From the NCBI GenBank assembly GCA_020891255.1, contig BQFW01000003.1, forward strand, positions 868,001 to 932,000: a stretch of 64,000 bases of DNA. Reading direction: 5' to 3'. Of the stretch, positions 11,935 to 23,216 are shown one piece after another. A program made the translations under genes and the position numbers. Source of the stretch: Entomortierella parvispora E1425. Taxonomy: Eukaryota > Fungi > Mortierellomycota. The notes below the pieces were generated by a model. That model saw only the letters and a program-made list of their open reading frames with translations, did no database searches and was not told the origin of the DNA. Each line of letters starts with the position of its first letter. Position 1 is the stretch's first letter.

Positions 11935-12460
11935 GCGAGGCTGGAGAGAGGGGATGGAGCAGCAAAGAGACAAACAAGCCGAGGATGACAAGGGGATGAC
12001 AGAGAAGAGAAGGGTCAATCAAAGGTGAATCTGCTTGAATGAACTGGGCCCACGGCTGGCGAGCGTGGGAGAGCAGAACAAAGGACCCGCTCTCAGAGTC
12101 AGTCTGACCGATAGACGATAGACGATAGACGCAGAGAGTGGATGAGATGAAGAACAACAAGAGAGAGAGGAGGAAGGGAGGAGAAAGGAAGGGAGGAAGG
12201 GAGGGAGGAAGGAAGGGAAGGAAGGGAAGGAAGAAAGAGAAGCAGGGCTGACCAAAGGGCCAAGGGTGCAAAGGGACGGAACGCGGAAAGAGAACAGAAC
12301 AGACAGAACAGACAGAACAGACAGAACAGAAGCAAAAAGTCAAAGGAACAGAACATGAGAACAGAGGAAAGAAAAAAAAAGAAAAAGGCGGAAAATGAGC
12401 CCCCTCCCATCCAGTCCTCTCCTTTCTGACTCCCGAGGACAGCGAAACACGTCTTTTTTC

Positions 12461-12505
12461 TGCTTTGCTTTGCTTTGCTTTGCTTTGCTTTGCTTTGCTT
12501 TGCTT
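12461..12505. repeat. (TGCTT)9 microsatellite in the divergent helicase/POM152 intergenic region
   Basis: Direct reading. GGAA-type and ACAGAACAG-type repeats lie nearby at ~12180-12330. Confidence 0.9.
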
Positions 12506-13155
12506 TCGTTGACTGGCTGGACGGGAAAAAGGGGCCGTGTGTGTGTTTGTTGTGTGTGAATAATAATGTAATGTTTGTTGTCCTGTAGATGCTGTCTGCT
12601 GTGTGTCTGCCCCTCCTCCTTCCTCTTCTCTTTCCTCTCTGACTGTGCCTTCTCATGAGCACTGTAATGACCGACTGAAGGCAGGACTGCATGTGTCCCT
12701 TCATGTCTACTCCTCCCTTGCAAACACGCATTCAGGCTGGCAAAGCAAGAAAAGAAAATAAAAAAAAAGAAAAAAAAAAAAGGCGCGTGCCCCTTAACCC
12801 AAAACAACGCGCCGCGCCACTGTCTTTTGACGAGCAGTCACGCTTGCTCGCACTTCCCTGGAGTGGCACACATTCACAGGCGCACAAAGGGCCAAACCTC
12901 TTCACAGGCACACCCATCACCTTCAGTGGCATCATCCTCGGCAACACCGGCAACCCAGGACAATCCTAGTCTCTGCCCTATCTGCAAACCAAAGAGGCCC
13001 CAGATACAAGGACTCCTTTTGGACCGGACCTCATCCCCCCCTACCTCCGCGCGTCCTTTCGTCTGAATCCACATAGTCATTAACGCGTCTTACCTGCTCC
13101 CCCATTACCTCCTCTTCCACTGGGCTGATCCTCTGTCCACCTTGGCACCCTCCCA

Positions 13156-16100
13156 ATGTCTGTACCGGTCCCACTAAAGTCCTCAGGGTCCCGGCCACGG
13201 AATGCCTTCCCCTCCAACGCGCGCATTCCCCTCGACTACTGTGATGGCCCAACCCAGCGCATGTACGCCGTCTCGGCCTTTGTCTTTCTGCAGGCCGTCA
13301 AGCTCTACTACTGGTTTGGGATCGCCCGATCCGACTATGCTGCAGAGTTCTTTGGATTTATTCTCTGGTTGGCACTCGATGTCATGTTCCTGATGGCACT
13401 GAATTACCTCCGGATTCCCTGGCTGGAGCTGCCTATCATTCGCCTGATCATCGCTCTTTTTATTCTCACCGTCCTCAACTTTGTTCTGTTTACAGCGCGT
13501 GAGGTAAACGATCTTCCGAGAGAGAGATTGGAGAATGAAGTCTTGGATCGGCACTGACTTTATCCCCAATTTCTGGACATTGCCTTTTCGCTTTATTCAA
13601 CTGTAGATCTCGCCTTCGGCTATTGCGCGCTCTTCTCTGTCAAAAGGTAAGGAAATTTCCAACATTTGAAAATCATTTGAAAATTATGGCTAAACATGGA
13701 CAACAAATGTCAGCTCTTTAGATTCTCATCTTGGATGTGTCCATTTTTTTCTCTACTTTTTTACATTAGTGTGGGGATATACTGGCTCATCATCTTCATC
13801 AAGAGGCGACAGGACACTTATCCATGGTAACAGCTGGACCAAGGAGACTATGTATCTTTCTGAATTATCTGGATGAAAACAATACGAAATGGAGGGCTGA
13901 TTCTCGACTGTCTTTCAACTTTAGATCAAGATGAACATCTCCTCGGTCGTCACACCGTTTTGAAAAAGCCATACAGGTGAGGGATCAAGGCTGGGAACGT
14001 TATTCAGGAGGAATTATTGTTCAGGAGGAGTCATTATTCAAGAAGAAACATTACCCCGGAGGAAACATAGCTCAGGAGGAGACATCAACCAAGAGGAATC
14101 ATTATTCAGGAAGAGACAGTGCACTGGAAGAGACAAAAGGGACTCAGATCATGACCTAACCACGCCTGATCTGTCTTCATAGCACTGCCATTTTCAACCC
14201 AGACGACCGCTGCTACTGTGTACCAGACGCCGGCCTCAAATTTCTGGAAGTTCCCGAGATTCCCATCTCGTTCAACGACAGCGACCCACATTCTCTGGAA
14301 TATTCAGTTACTTCCTTTGAGACTGGACTGGTCTCAAAACATCAGGTCAAGGGACCCTTCAAGGAATCGAGCGCAGTCTTTCACAAGACCCGATCCCAGG
14401 ATGGCTCAAAGTCGACATTTAACCTCGTAGCATCCACCACCGGTGCATACAAGATTCTCCGGATTCTGGACAAGGAGGACGTTGATATTCGCTTCGACCA
14501 CAGCAAGGAAGTGTATGTCGTAGCATGCCCAGAAGCCAGGATTGATCAGTACCAGGAAGAGTTGGAGCAGTGCTCAGGAAAGGGCAACGTCGACATTCCC
14601 ATCACTGTCAGAGGTCTCCCTCCATGGACCGTCACCTACCGCCGTTACTCTCACAACCACAGAAAGGACGACCAGGACTTGCAAATCGACGCCGAACCAG
14701 TCGACTACTCCTCCCCATGGCTTCCAGGATGGTCCAAGCCAGCAGTTCCTGACTACTCATGGGCCAAGCAACATGAGATGAACCTCTCTGTCAGCATGGG
14801 ACTCTCTACTCCTGGAAAATACGACTTCCAGGTGATGCGCGTCAAGGATGGATGTGGCAATGTCATGGACTTTAAGAATCTTATGGCTCAAGGGGACAGC
14901 AAGGCTGAGATTCGCCATGTTCAGGTTCGGGAGAGACCTTCTGTGTCTATGAACTGTGATCCCCGTAAGCCTATCAAGATTATCAAGCTCGGCGAGAACC
15001 CAAGCGAGAATATCGGCTTGTCCGTCAACAGAGGCACAGGACCTTACCATATCGGCTACGTTTATCAGAAGACCGACATTGATGAGCCAGAGATCATGAA
15101 GGATATTGTCAGCGACAACCGACTTGCAAAGATTGTTGCGGACCGGCCTGGTCTTTATACTCTTTCGTACATCAAGGACGCCTTTTGTGAAGGAGAGGTG
15201 GAGCTTCCAAGGGATTGTGCCGTCACTGTTGCCACTCACCCAACGGTCGACATCATTTCTCACACAATCAATGATTCTTGTGTCGGTGCTATCGGCGTCA
15301 CTGTCGATGCAACTTTTACGGGCGAGGGACCATGGACGGTCTGCTACGATGTTTACCGTGACAACGTTCGCCAAGGCGCAGAGGTCTGTCCTTCGTCCAC
15401 AAAGCCTCGACTGAACTTGGAGTTGAAGCCAGATCAATCTGGAAACTTTGAATACAGATTCAAATCTGTGAGTGACAAGAACTACGCCAACGTCAAGGTG
15501 GAGGTGCCTCCAGTCTTCCAAAACATCCACCCTCAACCCTCGGCCAAATTCAAGCACATCCGAAACATGAAGACTTGCCGAGGCTCTTCTGAACAGCTGG
15601 ATGTAGAACTCTCTGGAACTGGACCCTGGGATATCGAGTACCGTATCATTCGCGGAACTGAGATCCAGCTGACGACGCTCAAGAACATTTCTCAAAAGTC
15701 GACCAAGTTGACCTTGCCTCCTTTTGAGCGTGAAGGAACGTACTCTGTGGTAAGTTATCGCGAATGACTATCAAACGATTTACTTAAAAGTGATCGCCCT
15801 ATAATGAAGCATGGGATTTGACTTTTTTTTTTTTTTGTCTTTCTTCGAACAGGATCTTGGAAAGGTCACAGATCTCGCTAATGGCTGTCAAAAGGATTTG
15901 CGTGTCTCGGATGTGGCGATCGAGGTTTCCAATGGACCACCCACAGTTGCATTCCAGTGCGATAAACCCATCGAAGTTGCAGAGGGAGACAGCGTCGACA
16001 TTCCAATTCACCTTACAGGAGGAGCGCCATGGCTCATCAAATACAGTCTGGAGGGTACGGATGATATTGAGTCTGTTACATCTGACTCTAGGAATGCATT

Positions 16101-17730
16101 GGTACCTGTCGACAAGCCTGGAGTATACGTGCTGAGGGCAGTGAAGGATTCATTCTGCGAGGGTGATGTTGTGGAACAAGCCCACAGATGCCAGGTTATC
16201 TACAGCGAGCGCCCTACCATGAACCTGAAGATTGACTCGATTCGCTTCCGTGGCGGTCCCCGCGACAATGTTCCAGAGGGAGAGATTGCACCTTCCGAGA
16301 GAATCTCGAGAGAAGGCGATCATTTCGTGCTTCCAGCCGTGTGCAAGGATGCTGACCGGACCCTGGAGTTGAGATTGACAGGCAAGGCCCCCTTCACGCT
16401 TCGTTACAAGACCGTGTTCAAGCCCGCTAATGGCGGTCCCGACGTGATCTCGACGCCCACACCCGCTGTCTCCACACATGCGACCATGAGACTTCCTATC
16501 CTCACGGATCGCGCCGGCACAGTCTCTTACATCGTTGAGACTCTCTCGGATGCAACATACTCGAACGTCCAGGTCCGTCATGAGAAGCGTACGGTGGTAT
16601 TTAAGCATGTGGTCCGAGCTCCTCCTACGGCCGCCCTTGTAAGCACCACCAAGCAAGTGTACTGCCGAAACGAGATCACGGGCGTGAAGGAGTCTGTGTC
16701 CTTCAAGATCCAAGAGGGTGTTGCGCCCTACTCGTTGGCGATCCAAATTTTGAGACCCAACAAGCCTGCAGAGAAGTTTTTCGAGCACGATGTGGTGCCA
16801 AACAAGCACGGCCATTTTGAATGGAAGTTGCCAGCTCGTTTCACCGAGATGGGACTGCACAGTGTCTCTGTGCTCAAGGTGACGGATGTCAATGGATGTT
16901 CCTCAGGATCGTTCAGCAAGGTCGAATTTGATATCTTGGACACGCCCAGCATCACACCTAGACGTCCAGTCCCCGATACTTGCGTTGGAGACAAGATTGA
17001 ATTTGATGTCCACGGACAAAAACCACCGTAAGTACCTTTTTTTTTTTTTTTTTTTTTTTGACGTTAATGATGGAATGTGTCCAAGAGTCTTTGTCTTTTT
17101 ACTGATCATTGCTATTTGTTTGTCTTGGGTTCCTGACAATAGATTCAAGGTGCACTACAGCCTCGACAAGGCCAAGCATACGGAGGTGATGGACACCAAA
17201 TCTAGAGTCTTTACATACAAGGCCACTAAACCCGGCCAGCTCCAGATTTCCAAGGTCTGTCAGACGATCGAGCGAAAGGAGTGCTGCACACAATCTCTGG
17301 AGGAGATGTCGACCCAGATCTGGGCCATTCCTACGGTCAAGATCGCAGGAGGCGAGGACTTGATCACCAACCTCCGGGAAGACGAGCAGGCCGAGGTAGT
17401 AGCAACCTTTGAGGGAGAACCACCATTCGCCTGGTCCTACGTCTTGACTGAGGCAGAGTTTGATGCTCAACATCACGCCAAGCATGGACGCGGCCGGAAA
17501 CCGGACAGCAAGGGACATGGAAACTTTGAGCATATTATGGAACACAAGATGTCGTTCTTCACCAACGCTGAAGGTAAGCTAAACCCCTCCCCGCCTCTCA
17601 TCCAGAGATCAATTTCTTTTGCTTGTTTCACGCTTATGGAAACTTATTGCTGACATTCTTCTCTCTGTCCATAGGAACGATCGTACCGACATATATTAAG
17701 GACAAGCATTGTCAGTTTGGGAGCCAGTAG
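13156..17730 (+). CDS. POM152: Transmembrane nucleoporin Pom152, multi-exon
   Basis: N-terminal RIPLDYCDGPTQRMYAVSAFVFLQAVKLY plus TM helices. Repeated lumenal Ig-like units with G.GPW.V.Y, G.Y.L..IKD..C.G motifs. Last exon 17675-17730 gives GTIVPTYIKDKHCQFGSQ*. Confidence 0.9.
14002..14137. repeat. Diverged 17-bp minisatellite, 8 copies, inside a POM152 intron (13977-14182)
   Basis: Units: attcaggaggaattatt / gttcaggaggagtcatt / attcaagaagaaacatt / accccggaggaaacata / gctcaggaggagacatc / aaccaagaggaatcatt / attcaggaagagacagt / gcactggaagagacaaa. Confidence 0.85.
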
Positions 17731-18277
17731 CAACTTTTTGTGAGTTGAAAGAATCCAATGCCAAGAACAATAAAGATTGGATTGAAACATGCTTGTCATT
17801 CAATGAAAGCTTGGATTGAAAGCTTGGATTGATCTTGGATCCGGGAACATGACTTGACTGGTGGAAAATACATCCCTCCACTGGGTGTAATTGGACTACA
17901 AAAGGAATATTCAAAAGCGTCCACATCTGCTTCGAGCGCATCTCTTCTGGCAAAAAAAAAAAAAAAAAGTTGAAAAAGTCCACAGCCCAGGGTTCCTTTT
18001 TTTTTTTTTTTTTTTTTTTTTGGCGAATGCCATACTGATCGTATGTTTGAGGCCATGTGCAGGCCAAACAACTAACAGCTGGTCGCCAGCACTGGAAACC
18101 ATCATCCTGCTCAGTCTTTCAATGGGAAGCAGTTGTCCATGATTTGAATATTGCCATCTTTTCCTCTCTGAATGCACTTCAGTTATGTTCATGACCAGTT
18201 TAATGTAAGCGAAAGAAAACTACGGGACTATGGGTTCGTCGGCCTTTTCATGAAAGTCGCTGCTTCTATCTGAAATA

Positions 18278-20262
18278 TAGAGGACTGCAGTATGGTCAGT
18301 GGACGCTGTAAAGACGCGGTTGACCTCTGGGCCATTACCATCTTCCGTAACAGCAACCGTCACAGAGATCATTCTCAGGGTGATACCCACACCGCACCAC
18401 ACCACACCACCCTCACCCTTCCCCTCCTGAACTCCCAACCCCCCAGCCGAGTCCTTCGTTGAACCACCTCCAACTATTAACCTCCTCGATGGGTAGAGGC
18501 CCCCGAACGTCTTCCGGAACGTTGACAGCCGCAGAGACGAATTCTCAGGAATCACCCCCCGACACTCTCACCTTTCATTCTCCCCAGCCCTTCACTGAAC
18601 CTACTCTGATCACTATTACGCTACCCGAGGGTAGGGCACCATCGTCTTCCGTAACAATGGTCGCCGCAGAGATGATTCTCAGGGTAATAATCCACACCAC
18701 CGCCACCCCTCTCACCTCCAATCCCAATCCCACTCCCAACCTCCAACCCATCACTGAACCCGCATGGGCGCTTGCAGACGCCTTGTCCTGGAGCGCTACC
18801 CACTGCCATACTTTCGTACCTTGATCAAGCTCGCAGGCAACCGGCCAGGCACAGCGGAACTTGTTGGCAGCATCACGTCCTCATATGGATGAGGGCCAGA
18901 GAAGAGGAGGGCGGCATCTGTTCTTGAATCCACGAGTAGGTGTTGCTCGTCGACAATCATCTCCGATGACTAGCAGAAAGGAAGACGGAGCCGTTCACGA
19001 CAAGAATAAAAAGAGAAGTCTCTGAACAAAAAGTACCTCACCAAGGGCCAGGACCAACCCCTCATACACAAATCCAACCCATCAAAACAGCTAAAAGTAC
19101 ACACCAGTCTGCAGAGGAGGATATGATGAAGGACTCTGAAGAGTCTTTCGATCCTCGCACCACATCTGGGTCCACGCGCACTCTTTTTCGCCTAGGATAG
19201 GAAGGTATAGGGCAGAGTTTGGATCTCGGACAAGGGCTTCAGAGGACTGACGTTGAAGAGAGGGAACCTCTTATTGCCACGCGTTGACAATCAAAGATAT
19301 CGCAAGGAAGCGGCTGCAGTGCCTGGGCAGGATCTTGACTGGATGGAAGGCCGCCGTTCTTGATTTTTTTTGCTATCCGTAATGGAGAGGACTCCAGTAT
19401 GGTCAGTGGACGTTGTCAAGACTCGGTTGATCTCCGATGCCGCAGATATTATTCTCAGAGAGATACTCCACACCACTCTCACTCTTCCCCTCCTGAATTC
19501 CACCCCCAAATCGAATCCTTCATTGAACCTACTCTGATCACTATTACGCTACCCGAGGGCAGGGCACCACCGTCTTCCGTAACAATGGTCGCCGCAGAGA
19601 TGATTCTCAGGGAGATGCCACACACCACCCTCACCCTCACCCTCACTATCCCTCTCTTCAACTCCCAACCCCCCGGCCGAGTCCATCTTTGAACCACCTC
19701 CAACTATTAACCTCCTCGATGGGTAGAGGCCCCCGAACGTCTTCCGGAACGTTGACAGCCGCGGAGACGAATTCTCAGGAATCACCCACGCCACTCACCT
19801 CTCACTCTCCCCAGCCCTTCACTGAACCTACTCTGATCACTATTACGCTACCCGAGGGTAGGGCACCATCGTCTTCCGTAACAATGGTCGCCGCAGAGAT
19901 GATTCTCAGGGTAATAATCCTCACCACTCACCACTCACCACTCACCACTCACCACTCACCACTCACCACTCACCACTCACCACCCGCCACAACCACGACC
20001 ACGACCACTTCCCTCACTTCGAGATCTCCAATTCATCATTGAATCCGCATGGGCGCTTGCAGACACCTTGCCCCGAAGCGCTACCTACTGCCATACTTTC
20101 GTACCTTTTCAAGCTTCTAGGCAACCGGCCAGGCACATTGTACCTTGTTGGCAACATCATGTCCTCGGACAAGGGCGTGAGATGACTGCCGTTGAAGAGA
20201 AAGGCACCGCAAGGAGGCGGCAGCGGTCTCTTGACAGAATCTTGACTGGATGGAAGGCGCGC
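18278..20262 (+). pseudogene. Tandemly duplicated, internally repetitive decayed coding sequence of unknown family
   Basis: Two related blocks (~18278-19355 and ~19385-20262). Seven copies of a core ending in attctcag, spaced 130-170 nt within blocks. Copy-to-copy differences are enriched in synonymous changes in one + frame, but stops and indels are present. Confidence 0.65.
19921..19981. repeat. (TCACCAC)n heptamer array, ~8.5 copies
   Basis: Direct reading: tcaccactcaccactcaccac... Confidence 0.9.
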
Positions 20263-21825
20263 ACTTGTCTCCCAGGCCTTGGAGAGATGGATGGCCAAAC
20301 GCGTCGATGGCCAGGACGGATTGGCCAATTTTAAGGGGCACAGCCGACGTGGGACTGCTTTTCGTTGTTGACCCAAACGCGAAACGGGCAGTTGCACGGC
20401 CAGGAAGCACAGCCAGGGAGGGTGCTCTGGAGGAGGGCGCTTTGGAAGAGTGGCGCACAGAGGGCTTGAGAGGGCCGAGCATGCTCCAGAGAGTGCTCTT
20501 GCTGTAGAGTCCCCCGAGGCACAGCTGGTCTTGAAAGGCAGGGGGTGTCCGAGGAGCGTGGCCTTGCTTGCAGAGAGGTCGAGTTTGTGTGCTTGGGAGG
20601 TTGCACCCAAGCCCGGGCCACTCTGGGCAAGAAACGTTCTCGAAGTGCGGAAGGTACCAAAGGGAAAGAGCTTCTTTCCAAAGGGCACAGCCATCTGCCA
20701 GGGAGGGGAGGCAGAGCCTTGAAGACCTTGGAAGGCAGAGAGGCGTTCTGCAAGGACTGCGCCTCACAAAGTCAGCTTGCACAGGTGGCAACGAGACGAA
20801 CAGTGACCGAGACTCGGCTAAGCAACGTGGTCTGCTACCCGCAGGCTGGCAGTGCTGCAAAAGAAAAGAGGGAACGGGAAAAGGAACGCAGCATGCAGGG
20901 GCGTCAGAGACCGAAAGGGATCAAAGTGTTTGGCCAGGCTGTGTTTGTTTGGCTGGATTTCAAAATACCTTAAAAGCGCGAGCTGTGCTCTCGTGTCTGA
21001 ATGTAGACTAACGCGAGTGTGGTGCAACCTTGGGTCATGGTCGTGGACGGACCGTGATCCCTGTGGAGTGTGAAAGTGAAGGTGGGTAGTGGGTGGAGAT
21101 GGACTGGGAGGGGTGGTGGTGGTGGTGGACTGGGAGTGGAAGGGCGGGTGGGGGTGAAGGAGAAGCGAAAAAGAGAGAAGGGGAAAAAGGCGAAGCAGAT
21201 AAACACAAAAAAGCAGCGGACATCCATCGAGTGCGTCCGGGTCATTCTCGCCATGTAACAATGGCCGTCCTTTTCACGCACTGTCGATGACCACTGGCTG
21301 GCGAGTCGCTGATTGGCTGACAAACCAAAAAAAGAGAGAGAGAGAAGAGAAACAGAGCATCCAACATCTGGTATGAAGTGCCAGCTCTGTCTTCAAAGTT
21401 CTCGGCAACGCAGAGTCGTGGAATGGAACGGACAATGAATGCAGGACCTTGCGAGAATGGAGAATCAGATGGAGGTGGTTGCATTTCACCATGTCGCATG
21501 CGAATTAGCTGCATTCGTTTTTTTGTTTGCGTGGGAACCGCTACAAGCCAACGAGGCAGTCAGGAAGAAGGTCTTTGCCCACTTCGCATGCTGAAGAGGA
21601 TGCCTTTTCGAAGAGATGCCTTTGGCGTGAGATCCGGCTTCTACCCTGTGGACGGCGGTCATTTATGATCAGGGAAAACAAAGATAGATACAAAGCATGG
21701 TCAATACGGTTTGGATATCTCGAAATGAAGGTCAAAACCCGGGTTTGGTGGCATTTCATAGCACCGAGAACTTGCTTTTTTTTTCTATTCTTTATTTTCT
21801 AGCAGGGGCTTTAATTTTGATATGT

Positions 21826-22275
21826 TTAGACCTTGGGACCAGCCAAGAGAACCTCTTCTGAGGCCTCGGACTTGAACTTTTCAAAGCTGGCCTTGAACAA
21901 GGATGCAAGCTTGTTGACCATGGCATGAAAGGCCTCGGTCTCTTGACCCCAGGCCTGCTTGGGGTTCAAGACACGAACAGGCACGTTCTTGACATGGGCA
22001 CGGGTAGGAATCGCCAATCCAAAGACTGGGTCCCTCACAAACTCGACCTGGCTCTCATCCTTGAGCTCTCCGGCATAGATCGCGTCAATGATCGCCCGCG
22101 AGTACTTGAGGGAGATGCGGGATCGGTTGGCAGATCCATGGGCACCACCGTTCCAGCCAGTGTTGATCAACCAGACATCACTCTTGTGTTGTTCAATCTT
22201 CTCGACCAACATGGTCGCGTACTTTGTTGGACGCAAGACCAAGCAAGGTTGACCAACTCGCGTCGAGAAAATTGT
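21826..22275 (-). pseudogene. PCK1: C-terminal ~150 codons of phosphoenolpyruvate carboxykinase (ATP); 5' three-quarters missing
   Basis: FSTRVGQPCLVLRPTKYATMLVEKIEQHKSDVWLINTGWNGG...RISLKYSRAIIDAI...LAGPKV*. In-frame TAA at 22296-22294. Only ~930 nt remain before the LAP2 stop, with no PEPCK N-terminal motifs visible. Confidence 0.85.
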
Positions 22276-23216
22276 CAGACATCCTGGTGAAGATTAAAGA
22301 AGCACAGAGATGCCAGTCAAGACGTCATTTCCCACCTCTTGCTCTTTCACTTTGGTGTTGGAAAGATAAAGACTACCTTCCTTTTCTCCACTCCAATAAT
22401 GGTCTCTCCCTGGACTCGTTGGCTTTTGTTTTTTATTTTTGTTTGCCCTTAGATTTCAGGCACCAGGACGTTTGGTTCCATCTTCAGTCATTTACGGGCA
22501 AGTGAACCATCAGGAGAAAGAGCAGAGGCAACCTTATGATGTTTGGTAGTCCTGAAAGCAAACGAGCCAAAGTAAGAAGGTCGCAGACTCTCCTGCCTTT
22601 GAATCAAAACCTCCCGCTGGCCATACCTTACCTCTGTCCCCCAAAGAATCAAATTTAGTGAACCTGTGGTTCCTGTGAACAAGAAGTCCGTGCGACATTG
22701 TGCAACCTGGCTTGCACTCAAAGACACGGAACGCGATCTTGAATGAAAACGCTCATATTTCTTCTGGACTCGTTTCCTTTGACCAGATCACGACGACTTT
22801 TGACTTTCTATGATCTCTTCTTTCTTCTCATTCAACTCAAGTAATTTCGGTTCTTTCGGAAAAACTCGTGTGAACTGAAATCGGGCTGATGGAGCTGTTC
22901 ACTTTCGCCAAAAAAAACCCCCCCCAAGGAAAGCTGTTTCTTTTTTTTCTTTTTGCTCCCCAAACCATGAATAAAACAACAAATTAGGATAATGAGAGAA
23001 TGGAGGACATCAACAACGGATCAGGGCCCCCAATCTATGGCACAACACTGTGAATATCCACAGTGGACTCTAAAAACTCTTTCAGAATGTCACCCAAAGC
23101 ACAAACAGGGTATTTGGGTTTAGAGTGGGCCATCCCACGCATTGGCTTCTGAGGAGGGAGATGAAGTGGCGAAAAAAAAGACTTGTATTATGAATTGCTG
23201 ATGATTTCATCATTGA

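Noticed and set aside
18278-20262. Repeat-spacer appearance suggesting a CRISPR-like array
   Set aside because: Units are 130-170 nt, the intervening sequences are themselves duplicated, the genome is eukaryotic and there are no cas genes. It is better explained as a decayed coding repeat.
20263-21011. Several overlapping 140-250-aa ORFs on both strands, one containing PCNCPFRVWV (faintly FAR1/MULE-like)
   Set aside because: No DDE or RT motifs, terminal repeats or target-site duplications are visible. The GC-rich sequence keeps frames open by chance. It may be the continuation of the neighbouring relic.
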